In this document: positions 19,509-27,514 of the stretch, in pieces
Numbering within the stretch: the stretch's first letter is position 1
Layout: each line of letters begins with the position of its first letter
Virus record (IMG/VR): IMGVR_UViG_3300023270_000003
Coordinates: 1 to 45,802 of that record
Direction: 5' to 3' (one strand)
DNA length: 45,802 nt
Origin: a virus
Lineage: Duplodnaviria; Caudoviricetes
The notes under the pieces: generated by a model
What the model was told of the DNA's origin: nothing
Databases searched by the model: none
Seen by the model: only the letters and a program-made list of their open reading frames with translations
Position numbers and translations under genes: made by a program

Positions 19509-20463
19509 AAATCCTGCCAGTCGGCCCGTCAAATTTAAGCTCTAGCAGACCAGAATTGCCAAAGTTTACCTTGGCCCACCGAATCCACAATCGGTCATCC
19601 ATTGCGCCAGGTTTTCCCAGCATTCGCTCGTAGTATCCGGGTCGGAAGATGTATCCGACAGCGCGTCCGCGTTGCCCAAAAGCGCTTGCCCAAGCCAAAT
19701 CCTGAGTACCGGGGCCAGGCATGAAGCCCGATACATCCCAGGACTCCGCGTCTCTACGCTTAGAGGCCCAAAATACACCGTGCCCTCTGGCACTGATTTC
19801 TGGCTTAACCTGTGAAAAAGCAACGAAACCGCAGTTCCATTTCTGAGCAAACTTGTTCGCATCCCACGCGAAGTGGCGGATGACACTTTCTAACCCTTTC
19901 TCTGACTCGGGGAAAGCTTGCGCATAATCCAGCAGTACGAGCGAGAGAGCCTCACCCTGAGCCTCCAGAGAATTAGCCAAGCCTTCAAGCGCTTCCATGG
20001 CGTCAGATACGTCCACGAGCCCTGCGTGATAATGTACAAACTGTCCCCAATCCTCGGTGGCAGCGCTGGCGGCATAAATTTTATCCATGTCCATAACATC
20101 GAAGGTAGCCAGATTCAGTTTGCGGCTATCGATGCCGGTTAGGTTACTGATGGAGCGATTGGCCGTCTGCTCTTTAGGGTCCTCAAAGACCAGTTGGGCT
20201 ACATGGAGCCTCCGCCGCCCCGCCGACTGCGCAAGGTGGTTGCTGACGAAGGATTTACCCTGCCCGTCAACACCACCAAGCACAGTCAGAACACCGCGAG
20301 TAATGCCACCATTCGAATCCCAGCGCTTCAGCCCTGTAGGGATGTACAAATCCTCGGGCTTAAGGGTGCCTTCGATTCGGCGGATGGCAAGTTGCTCAAG
20401 GTGCGCGGCCTGACCCTTAATTACATCGGACCATTTCTCCCATATAACGCCTGATTCACTCAA
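19501..20463 (-). CDS. DnaB-like (SF4) replicative helicase, ATPase domain only
   Basis: IPTG, Walker A GQGKS, FED, Walker B LLDYAQ, FSQ. Confidence 0.85.
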   Translation of the reverse strand: MSESGVIWEKWSDVIKGQAAHLEQLAIRRIEGTLKPEDLYIPTGLKRWDSNGGITRGVLTVLGGVDGQGKSFVSNHLAQSAGRRRLHVAQLVFEDPKEQTANRSISNLTGIDSRKLNLATFDVMDMDKIYAASAATEDWGQFVHYHAGLVDVSDAMEALEGLANSLEAQGEALSLVLLDYAQAFPESEKGLESVIRHFAWDANKFAQKWNCGFVAFSQVKPEISARGHGVFWASKRRDAESWDVSGFMPGPGTQDLAWASAFGQRGRAVGYIFRPGYYERMLGKPGAMDDRLWIRWAKVNFGNSGLLELKFDGPTGRIYE

Positions 20464-20469
20464 TTTACC

Positions 20470-20934
20470 TCATTCTTCTGGTAACTCAGGTCCCATAGCA
20501 CCCGGCTTCTCGGCTGGTCGGCGCTGTGCGTCAAACTCGCCTGCAAGAATCCGCAGCTGCTGGGCAATCAAGAAATCCAGCGAGATGCTCGGCCCCTTGA
20601 GATTATTCTTAGCGTACTGTGCCAGTGTCTTTATGCTGAAGTCGTCGTTCCCGTGCCGCTTGAGCTGCGTGTTGATGCGCACGTACCAAGTCTGGTCAGG
20701 AAAGGGCGGCATTCTCACATTCCCCTCGCCCCACACCTCCTTGACAACTCGCAAAGCATCCTGCCAGGTGTAGCGCGTGGCCACTTTCAGCGTGGGGGTG
20801 CGACCAAACTCCTTCATCACCTTGCTCTGGGCTACGCGGTCCAGGATTAGCTGATGAGCACCGGCTAGCTCGTCAGGGCTCTTGGCACGCTCAATCAGCC
20901 TCAGGTCATTGGCGCTTAACTTAACTAGCAGCAT
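20470..20934 (-). CDS. Hypothetical protein, possible replication initiator/helicase loader
   Basis: Position between SSB and helicase only. Confidence 0.45.
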   Translation of the reverse strand: MLLVKLSANDLRLIERAKSPDELAGAHQLILDRVAQSKVMKEFGRTPTLKVATRYTWQDALRVVKEVWGEGNVRMPPFPDQTWYVRINTQLKRHGNDDFSIKTLAQYAKNNLKGPSISLDFLIAQQLRILAGEFDAQRRPAEKPGAMGPELPEE

Positions 20935-20942
20935 TTAGGTGG

Positions 20943-21380
20943 TTACTCCGAGAATGGGTCAGCGTCGTCCTCAACCTCACGCTCGGGGCCACCATGCCCA
21001 GCAAACCTCTTAGCAGCCCGGCGAGGCTTGCTCACAGGCGCGGGCTCAGGCTCGGCAGCATCGGCCTTCTTATCCAGCAGCACAATCTGAGTGACGATAA
21101 TCTCAGTGCTGTACTTGGTCACCCCCTCCTTATCCTCCCACTTCCGCGTCTCGATGCGCCCCTCCACGTAAATCTTTGAGCCCTTCTTGGTGTACTTTCC
21201 CAAAAGCTCCGCCTGCTTATCCCAAGCCACCAAGCGATGCCACTCGGTCTTCTCCGAGTCGCCAGTTCCGAAGCTAGTCGCGAGGCTGACGTTAGCCACA
21301 GCCTTGCCAGAAGTGGTGTACTTCAGCTCGGGGTCCTGGCCGAGGTTACCGATAAGCTGAACCTTATTGAGACTTGCCAT
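20943..21380 (-). CDS. ssb: Single-stranded DNA-binding protein
   Basis: LNKVQLIGNLGQDPE, TEWHR, KGSKIYVEG, acidic tail DDADPF. Confidence 0.97.
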   Translation of the reverse strand: MASLNKVQLIGNLGQDPELKYTTSGKAVANVSLATSFGTGDSEKTEWHRLVAWDKQAELLGKYTKKGSKIYVEGRIETRKWEDKEGVTKYSTEIIVTQIVLLDKKADAAEPEPAPVSKPRRAAKRFAGHGGPEREVEDDADPFSE

Positions 21381-21568
21381 TACTTTTGCTCCTTTGCATA
21401 CTTGATTTCCGTAACGTAGATATCGCCGTCTACTTGCTTCTCTCTCCAGACGAGAGTGTCATAAACATCCCACACCCTCTCCTTGGCGTCATCAGGATGT
21501 TCCGCCTCTACAACTACTTCTGCGTACTTGTTCACTCTCTTGGTAATATCAACCTGATACTTAGGCAT
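21380..21568 (-). CDS. Hypothetical protein (DpnD/PcfM-like pattern)
   Basis: MPKYQVDI...VVVEAE..DDA. Confidence 0.55.
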   Translation of the reverse strand: MPKYQVDITKRVNKYAEVVVEAEHPDDAKERVWDVYDTLVWREKQVDGDIYVTEIKYAKEQK

Positions 21569-22374
21569 CAGAACTCCTCCTGCGCCACCAAACAAACCGC
21601 GCGTGCTGGGCAGAACCGACAATGGTCGCCCGGTGTCAATGTCATACTACTCTCGGTCTGATTGGCCTTGTGGGTCGCGTACATGACCTCCAAGTCGCTC
21701 CAGTGCTGCATCAAATCAGCATGTCCCCACCGGTGCCATAACCGAGTCGGGGGAGCGTGGCGGTAGATAAGAGGCAGGCGAGGCCAGTGTGTGACGCTAA
21801 TCCAGACATCACCCTTGTACTCTTCTAGCTCAGAGATTGCAAGCGCGTATGTCTTCAGCTGGGCGCTTTTTGGGTCCTGGGGGAAGCGGTTCTCTCCCAC
21901 ATCGAGGTCAGGGTTCCAGCCTTGCGAGCCTGGCAGGGGGTTCGGGTAATACTTGCCCGTTTTCAAATCGTCAATCCAAAGTTCCCCATCGAGAAACCAG
22001 TGCTGGTAGTCGTAGTGGCCGGTGACCCACCCCTCCTGCTTGACAGCTTTCCGCGTCACAACAGGCCAAGTGCTTAGCCGCGAATTGCCGACCATGCCGC
22101 CCACAAAGACCGACACCTCGCCCTCATGAGACCCGCCCTCAGGCCAAAACTCCAGCCTCCGATTGCGCATGCCGGATAGGTCCAGCGCCTTCTCAAAGAG
22201 ATTGCACAGCCGCTTAGGCCCCCGGACAAGTCCAGTCTGCACCCATGTATGAAGCAAAGTGCCCCAAGTCGCCCCCTTTTCCGCGTTCTCTGACTTAGTG
22301 TAGTCGCAGGGCAAGGTTAGGGAGCCTGTGCACTTCATGAGTAGAGGCAGACTACTTGCGCGAAGCTCGCTCAT
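21568..22374 (-). CDS. Cas4/RecB-like PD-(D/E)XK exonuclease
   Basis: RASS..C, GT.LH, DDLKTG, QL..YA, CRFCP...C. Confidence 0.85.
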   Translation of the reverse strand: MSELRASSLPLLMKCTGSLTLPCDYTKSENAEKGATWGTLLHTWVQTGLVRGPKRLCNLFEKALDLSGMRNRRLEFWPEGGSHEGEVSVFVGGMVGNSRLSTWPVVTRKAVKQEGWVTGHYDYQHWFLDGELWIDDLKTGKYYPNPLPGSQGWNPDLDVGENRFPQDPKSAQLKTYALAISELEEYKGDVWISVTHWPRLPLIYRHAPPTRLWHRWGHADLMQHWSDLEVMYATHKANQTESSMTLTPGDHCRFCPARAVCLVAQEEF

Positions 22375-22377
22375 GCA

Positions 22378-23184
22378 TTAGACGTTCCCTTCCTTAAGCT
22401 CCTTGGACCTCTTAACAAAGGCACTAGAAGCGCGCAGCTTGTCAGCCCCTGCCAGTGCAATAGCCCCTGACTTGATTTCGTCCTTGATTGCCTCAAGGTC
22501 TGCAAATGTAGCGATGGCGATGCGATTCAGGGTCGCCTCCAGAGCGCTGCTTGACTCGGGGGTTTCGCGCTTGAGGGGAGTCGGCTCAGTCAGCTTAGCA
22601 ATGACCTTATCAGCCGTCAGAGGCTTGGAGGGCTTGGCTCGCTCCGCCACTTCTGCAGGTTGCTCATCATCGGTGTCAATCATGTCCTGCTCCGGGATGC
22701 AAAGCCCCTTGAGAACAGCGGCCTTCCATGCGTAGGTGTCCGCCTTACCGCCCGCCTTGTCCTCGCCATCACCTCCGTGTCCTGAGCCCTCCACAGCCAC
22801 GAAGGAGCCATCCTCCGCCCCAATGTGCACCGTGCTCTTGACGTGAGTCAGCGTGCGAAAAACAGGCTTCCCGCTCGACGTCTGATTCTGCGGAATCTTG
22901 TCGGTGTCGATGTGCGTCACAACTTGGGAGTGAACATGAGCCACCATGTTCAAATCTACCAGCGCTTGGGCCAACTTCTGCGCCAATTCCTTAGCTCCGC
23001 GCACCGGGAACATCGGCCCACCTTGCTGTTTCTTGGCTGCGATGCCACCAACCTCCAAGCGAAGTTGCCGCAGCTTGTCGTGAATCATTGGCGGAGTCTG
23101 GGAGCGAGTCACACCGCCCCAGTATGCGGGAAACACGTACTCGGTGCCAGGGGTGTTTGCAGGTAGCGAAATTTGCTCAGTCAT
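22378..23184 (-). CDS. ERF-family single-strand annealing protein
   Basis: G.G.D..DKA..KA.TYA.K motif; adjacent to exonuclease and SSB. Confidence 0.82.
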   Translation of the reverse strand: MTEQISLPANTPGTEYVFPAYWGGVTRSQTPPMIHDKLRQLRLEVGGIAAKKQQGGPMFPVRGAKELAQKLAQALVDLNMVAHVHSQVVTHIDTDKIPQNQTSSGKPVFRTLTHVKSTVHIGAEDGSFVAVEGSGHGGDGEDKAGGKADTYAWKAAVLKGLCIPEQDMIDTDDEQPAEVAERAKPSKPLTADKVIAKLTEPTPLKRETPESSSALEATLNRIAIATFADLEAIKDEIKSGAIALAGADKLRASSAFVKRSKELKEGNV

Positions 23185-23192
23185 TGCTCTCC

Positions 23193-23366
23193 TTAGTTAT
23201 TGTAGAACGCGCCGTAAATGACCATCACCAGCCAGAACAAGCAGGCAGCAGAGTGTGTAACAAAAAGAATCTTTTTGCTTTCCAGGTAGGCTTTGCCTGC
23301 ATGAACCACGTTGTTCAGAAACGCCGCAATACAAAACAAAACTGCTACCAAATTAACGTAAGCCAT
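23193..23366 (-). CDS. Small two-TM membrane protein (57 aa, not in track)
   Basis: MAYVNLVAVLFCIAAFL...ACLFWLVMVIYGAF; AAGGAG RBS. Confidence 0.55.
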   Translation of the reverse strand: MAYVNLVAVLFCIAAFLNNVVHAGKAYLESKKILFVTHSAACLFWLVMVIYGAFYNN

Positions 23367-23764
23367 TAGTAACTCTCCTTTGAAATGTCAATCCACGGTC
23401 CACGTCGCCAGGCTCTCATGTGAAGCCTGCTCTTGTTAAACTGATTGCCCTCGTGCAGAAGCCCCATCGGCACTGGTGGGAACATGCCCAGCTTGAAATC
23501 CTCAGCTGGACCTTGCCACACTGGCTCCACGATTGCAAGCCGATTCACCCGTGCCGCGATGCGTACCTTCCACCACTTGACAGGCTTCCCATCTGCAGCA
23601 ATGACATCAATCGCCACCCCATCCATCGCATACAGGGTGCCACCGAATTCTGCTGGGTACTCCTGCATAACCGAGCCGAGCTGGGGCAGGTATGCGACCA
23701 TTAAGCCCTCGTCTCGGGCAATCCCACAGGCCAGGGCTATGTGCTCTCTACTCGTGTCAGTCAT
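23366..23764 (-). CDS. Hypothetical protein
   Basis: 132 aa, GAGGAG RBS. Confidence 0.55.
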   Translation of the reverse strand: MTDTSREHIALACGIARDEGLMVAYLPQLGSVMQEYPAEFGGTLYAMDGVAIDVIAADGKPVKWWKVRIAARVNRLAIVEPVWQGPAEDFKLGMFPPVPMGLLHEGNQFNKSRLHMRAWRRGPWIDISKESY

Positions 23765-23771
23765 GGGCTCC

Positions 23772-24218
23772 TCATAAAATTATTGCGTAAAATGGCTTGG
23801 CATAGTCGCTCCGCCACCTCTCAGCCAGTTTCTGCGCGCGGTAGTGCAAGACAAGCTCTTGGTCGTCACTGTCCGCAACATGGAACACAGGGTCCGCCTC
23901 GCCCAGGATGCCGAAACTAACGACCCAATGCTCCCCATTATCCACCAACAGAATGCCCACAGAGCCAGCTCGGTGCGCCGCCAGTAGTCTGAGTAGGGCT
24001 ACGTCATCTCGTCGCTCTGAGAGCACGCCAGGTATCAAACCAGGGCTGTCTTTGGCCACTAGAAGCGCCGCCCGCATCAAGCCTCGGGGTGTGGTGCCCT
24101 GATTGCTGCACCCGGAGAGGCGGATTAACTCGTCCTCACTGCGGGTGATGCCCCTGGCTAGTAGCGCCGTTCGCAGGCTTGCAGGGCCGCAGCTAGCTTG
24201 CGTTGATTGGAAACGCAT
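23772..24218 (-). CDS. Stand-alone C39-like cysteine peptidase
   Basis: Q....SCGPASL, GTT, HWVV, VADS (Cys-His-Asp triad). Confidence 0.85.
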   Translation of the reverse strand: MRFQSTQASCGPASLRTALLARGITRSEDELIRLSGCSNQGTTPRGLMRAALLVAKDSPGLIPGVLSERRDDVALLRLLAAHRAGSVGILLVDNGEHWVVSFGILGEADPVFHVADSDDQELVLHYRAQKLAERWRSDYAKPFYAIIL

Positions 24219-24352
24219 ATCTCCTTTAGTTCTTCTAGCACAAGCTTATAAGCTTGACGCATGCCCAAGCTGTAGTCGGTTTCTCCATTGCCTTCCTCCC
24301 AATTTATCTCGCGCTTGCACATATCTATCAGACCTTGTAAGTCTTCAATCAT
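24158..24352 (-). CDS. Hypothetical protein (paralog pair, copy 2)
   Basis: AAGGAG RBS; G...AY..VL..LKEI. Confidence 0.55.
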   Translation of the reverse strand: MIEDLQGLIDMCKREINWEEGNGETDYSLGMRQAYKLVLEELKEICVSNQRKLAAALQACERRY

Positions 24353-24500
24353 GTATCTCCTTCTCGCGTATCTCCTTTAATCGATAAAGAACCCAATTGT
24401 AAGCCTCAATCGCTCCACTAGTGTCCTCATATCTGTATTTGCACAACTCGCTAACTTCCCTCTGTATGTCTTTCATCAAGACTTCAATACCTTCGTCCAT
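24345..24500 (-). CDS. Hypothetical protein (51 aa, paralog pair, copy 1)
   Basis: TAAGGAG RBS; MDEGIEVL...GAIEAYNWVLYRLKEI. Confidence 0.6.
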   Translation of the reverse strand: MDEGIEVLMKDIQREVSELCKYRYEDTSGAIEAYNWVLYRLKEIREKEIHD

Positions 24501-24519
24501 TAGACTCCTTATCAGATTT

Positions 24520-24740
24520 TAGGCATACGGAGGCCAGTCTCTCCCTTCCTCAGGGCTCTTGGCTTCATGGCCTGCCCCTTGGTCTGGTCCTAGCCTGCTC
24601 TAGGATGCATCCATGCAAGTCATGGAAACTGTCAAATGCTCTGTTCAGGGTCCGACCGGTTGTGACCGTGGGAGTTTAAAGACCCTTCTATTGAGCTTTC
24701 TCGCCCAGTGCACCTTCCTGGCCCCTCCGTAGTGGCCTAG
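24520..24740 (-). ncRNA. Candidate ~220-nt structured RNA / leader
   Basis: Ends pair (UAGGC..UACGGAGG..CCAG with CUGG-CCUCCGUA-U-GCCUA) around at least 5 hairpins; no ORF in the track. Confidence 0.6.
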
Positions 24741-24742
24741 GT

Positions 24743-24771
24743 CCTTAACCAGCAAACTGGCAAGGTGTCAA
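24743..24771 (-). promoter_or_regulatory. Putative sigma70-type promoter
   Basis: Perfect TTGACA at 24771-24766; weak -10 (TTAAGG/TAAGGA); start would fall near 5' end of the structured RNA. Confidence 0.4.
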
Positions 24772-24777
24772 TGGGTT

Positions 24778-24870
24778 AGCTGTCTTTCCAGCTGTCTGCA
24801 GTTCCCTCTATGGCGAGGCCAGGGTCCCTTTGGGCCTGGGTGGGAGTCGCGCTCCTGACGAACAGCAGAA
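24778..24870 (-). promoter_or_regulatory. Structured RNA element ending in GACAG-CUGGAAAGACAG hairpin
   Basis: Closing helix plus three hairpins; motif shared with 33939-33993. Confidence 0.45.
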
Positions 24871-24872
24871 GG

Positions 24873-25070
24873 TTACCACAACGAGAACGGAGCGTCAATA
24901 GCCTTGCCGGCCGAGTATCCCTCCGTGTAGCCATCATGATAGCCCTGTGCCCACGCCCAGTGCATGGCCCCGGCTATCGCACAGTTGCGAAAAAAGATGC
25001 GCATCGAGGCACGGAGGGAGCCAGGGTCGCGGAAGTCATTCCATCGCTTTGTAAAAGCTTCTGGGGGCAT
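24873..25070 (-). CDS. Hypothetical protein
   Basis: GYHDGYTEGYSAG repeat; RBS present. Confidence 0.55.
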   Translation of the reverse strand: MPPEAFTKRWNDFRDPGSLRASMRIFFRNCAIAGAMHWAWAQGYHDGYTEGYSAGKAIDAPFSLW

Positions 25071-25079
25071 GTCCTGGCC

Positions 25080-25382
25080 TCACTGCTTCTCGGCTTGCTG
25101 CTCACAAATCCACGCACGATGCTCGCTTGGGCTGCACCAATACTTCGTACCTCGCCAGTCGCAAGATTGACCATTCTCCTGATTGCCCTCGTAACGCTTC
25201 AGGGGCACCTCCGTACACTTGCCTTCCTTCATGGGCGACGGCTTGTAACGGCCCTTCTCGTAAGAATTGCACTTGATGCCACCGTGCACAATCATCGAAA
25301 GAGCTATCAGGAAAAGAAACACGTACCACACGCACTGAGTAGCTACGCTGACCCATTCTGGCATATCAGCTTTAACTCTCAT
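25080..25382 (-). CDS. Hypothetical membrane protein, Cys-rich
   Basis: TM segment then several Cys. Confidence 0.55.
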   Translation of the reverse strand: MRVKADMPEWVSVATQCVWYVFLFLIALSMIVHGGIKCNSYEKGRYKPSPMKEGKCTEVPLKRYEGNQENGQSCDWRGTKYWCSPSEHRAWICEQQAEKQ

Positions 25383-25558
25383 GGCTCGCTCTTTCTCTCA
25401 CCCACAATAAGCTTCGCTGCGTTAATCAGAACCTCGCGCAACTCCAAAAGCTCCTCTGCCATAGCGCGAGCTTCATCGAAAATCTCGGTGTTGCAACCAG
25501 AACACAAGCAAGCTCCGCTGGTGATTTCCTGCAGTCTCTCGTCAGTGAGTTTCTCCAT
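25379..25558 (-). CDS. Hypothetical protein (59 aa, Eaa/Ead-like pattern)
   Basis: LTDERLQEI...MAEELLELR. Confidence 0.55.
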   Translation of the reverse strand: MEKLTDERLQEITSGACLCSGCNTEIFDEARAMAEELLELREVLINAAKLIVGERKSEP

Positions 25559-25567
25559 GACTCCCTC

Positions 25568-25768
25568 TCAGAGCGGCCGAATCCATGTCACACCCACACC
25601 CTTGCCAAGCGTGAGGCCAGGGCACGGGCACTTTTCCCATCGGCCGTTGCTGCTGCTGTACATGTCAGACTCCTGCAGGATTTCCCCAGGCTGAACAGCT
25701 CGCACCATGATTTGCTCACCGTTGATAGTGCGGCTGATATACACAGACTTATCGTTCTCCATAATCAT
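25568..25768 (-). CDS. Hypothetical protein
   Basis: AAGGAG RBS before 25768. Confidence 0.5.
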   Translation of the reverse strand: MIMENDKSVYISRTINGEQIMVRAVQPGEILQESDMYSSSNGRWEKCPCPGLTLGKGVGVTWIRPL

Positions 25769-26000
25769 TTCTCCTTGGCAATCCGAACACCGCCAGACCG
25801 CAGCCCACAAAGAACACCCATGCAGGCAATAAGCACAGCACAAGCCAAAACCACCTAGGCATCGACACCGTTATCATGGCTAACTCCTCGCATTGCCTTC
25901 ATAAGGTCCTTGCACGCCAGGCTGTGACGCCAGAACTCTGGAGGCGGAATGTTGTATGCGGCCATGAACAAGATACCGGCGATGAAGTGTGTGAGGTTAA

Positions 26001-26237
26001 TCACAGGTCCATCTCCAGGAAGGCTTGGTGCTGCGCAAGAGCTACTTTAGCGTATGACATCGGGATTGGGGAACCTGGGCAGTGTTGATACCCGAGGACG
26101 CCGAATGCTACATGTGTCACCGGCTGTGGCGAAGCTATGAATGCTACATGTGTCACCGGCTGTGGTGAGGCTATGAGCGGGCTTGCGGGTACCTCCCTGC
26201 TGCAGAATTGGCACTCGACCATATTAGTCACGGGCAC
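26001..26237 (-). CDS. Hypothetical protein containing a 12-aa duplication
   Basis: CxxC...HxxxC; IASPQPVTHVAF x2. Confidence 0.5.
   Translation of the reverse strand: MPVTNMVECQFCSREVPASPLIASPQPVTHVAFIASPQPVTHVAFGVLGYQHCPGSPIPMSYAKVALAQHQAFLEMDL
26103..26176. repeat. 36-bp tandem duplication
   Basis: Units start 26103 and 26139, 2 mismatches. Confidence 0.9.
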
Positions 26238-26413
26238 AATCCCGGCTCGCAGGAAATGTCTAGATAAACTTTGTCTAGATAAACTTTAGCCGGCTTGCTG
26301 TTTAGCTCGTGTAGAGCGCGCCAGTTCTGCAAAACCTTTACCTGCGCCCGCAGCAGCATCACCTCGTCCTCAAGGTCAGTGCGGGTCATGACTTTGATGT
26401 CAGGGTCTTTCAT
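26228..26413 (-). CDS. Hypothetical protein
   Basis: Coupled ORF; contains 15-bp duplication KVYLD x2. Confidence 0.5.
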   Translation of the reverse strand: MKDPDIKVMTRTDLEDEVMLLRAQVKVLQNWRALHELNSKPAKVYLDKVYLDISCEPGLCP

Positions 26414-26565
26414 TTTTGCTCATCCTCGTATCCGCTGTTCAGGGTCTCAATAAGATTGAGGACGTCGTAGCAACCCATGGTTGGGCATGGGACGTCTCGC
26501 TTGCTTAGCGCAATCTTTTTGAGAACCGCAACTTCCTTCAGAGTTAGCCGTCTGCCATGCCTCAT
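26410..26565 (-). CDS. Hypothetical protein (51 aa)
   Basis: ATGA-coupled at both ends. Confidence 0.5.
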   Translation of the reverse strand: MRHGRRLTLKEVAVLKKIALSKRDVPCPTMGCYDVLNLIETLNSGYEDEQK

Positions 26566-27506
26566 GCCACACACCGAATCCTTTGCTTGGTCTGGTCGGC
26601 CAGGAATTCATTCACGGTGTCGAAATCATCGCTGGGCTCGGGTGGCACATCATCCAGAAAGCCCTGAATCTGGGCATCCCAGGGGTTCTCCTCGTCGTTC
26701 AGTTCACGCCTCAGTTCTGCCGCTTCCATTTGCTCCATGGTAACGGAGTCTCGCTTGACCTCGGCCAGCACGTCGTCGCCATACCGAGCCCGGATGTAAT
26801 CCTCCCAATCGGTGTCTTGAGATACTGGTCGCGTCAGAAGCTCTCCTGAATCTGTGTATTCGACATCCTCGCCCCACTGCCACCCCGCTGAGGACCTGCT
26901 TCGCGGCGTTTGTGCCAGCCAAGCCTTCACGTCAAGTTGACCCCGTGCCCTTGGAATCCAGCTGAGATTCGAGTACAGGTTTCCTTGATGCTCCTCCCAG
27001 CACAGCCCAAACTGCTGCACTTGCAAGGTGCCATCCGCCCCCAGCGAGCCAATCGCAACGGCCCACGGCATCTCCTCTGGCAATTCGGGAAGCCAGTGCG
27101 TCAGGTACGCCGCTATCGCGGTGTCGCTGGCCTTGTTGATTAGGTCAGGGTCGGCATCCACAAGCTCCAAATAGTCTTTGTAGCCGTGCCACACCCCGTT
27201 ATGAATCATGACCTTGTCGGCGTGTCCGTCCAACTCGCCCAATAGAGCACGGGGGCCAAGGGGGAACGGGTGCGTCATTTCCATCGTTTTTGAGCCGTGA
27301 GTTGCCCAGCGGAAGTGCAACATGTATGGAAAGGTAAGCCACCCTGCCTCCTGCAACTCAAAGATTTCCTTGGCGGTAAGGCCCTTGGAAAAGAAAAGTT
27401 GCCCATCATCTGCCCATGCGACTCCTGCGCCGTGTGGGTTGTCGTATTCCATTTGCTGAAGTTGAGTGAGGGTCACTGGCTTGCTGATAATTGCTGCTAC
27501 ACACAT
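26562..27506 (-). CDS. Class II (Ntn) glutamine amidotransferase
   Basis: N-terminal MC, NPHGAG, HFRWATHG, HPF, HNG, SDT; acidic C-terminal extension. Confidence 0.9.
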   Translation of the reverse strand: MCVAAIISKPVTLTQLQQMEYDNPHGAGVAWADDGQLFFSKGLTAKEIFELQEAGWLTFPYMLHFRWATHGSKTMEMTHPFPLGPRALLGELDGHADKVMIHNGVWHGYKDYLELVDADPDLINKASDTAIAAYLTHWLPELPEEMPWAVAIGSLGADGTLQVQQFGLCWEEHQGNLYSNLSWIPRARGQLDVKAWLAQTPRSRSSAGWQWGEDVEYTDSGELLTRPVSQDTDWEDYIRARYGDDVLAEVKRDSVTMEQMEAAELRRELNDEENPWDAQIQGFLDDVPPEPSDDFDTVNEFLADQTKQRIRCVA

Positions 27507-27514
27507 AGGGGTCC

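Noticed and set aside
21568-22374. CRISPR-associated Cas4
   Set aside because: Context with ERF and SSB indicates a recombination nuclease; no cas1 or array
24540-24556. CUGAGGA hammerhead-like core in the 220-nt RNA
   Set aside because: No correctly placed GAAA or UH site
24772-24845. HDV-like ribozyme
   Set aside because: GCUAA after a hairpin is present, but P1/P3/L3 cannot be built
24810-25694. 294-aa plus-strand ORF
   Set aside because: Antisense to several RBS-backed coupled genes
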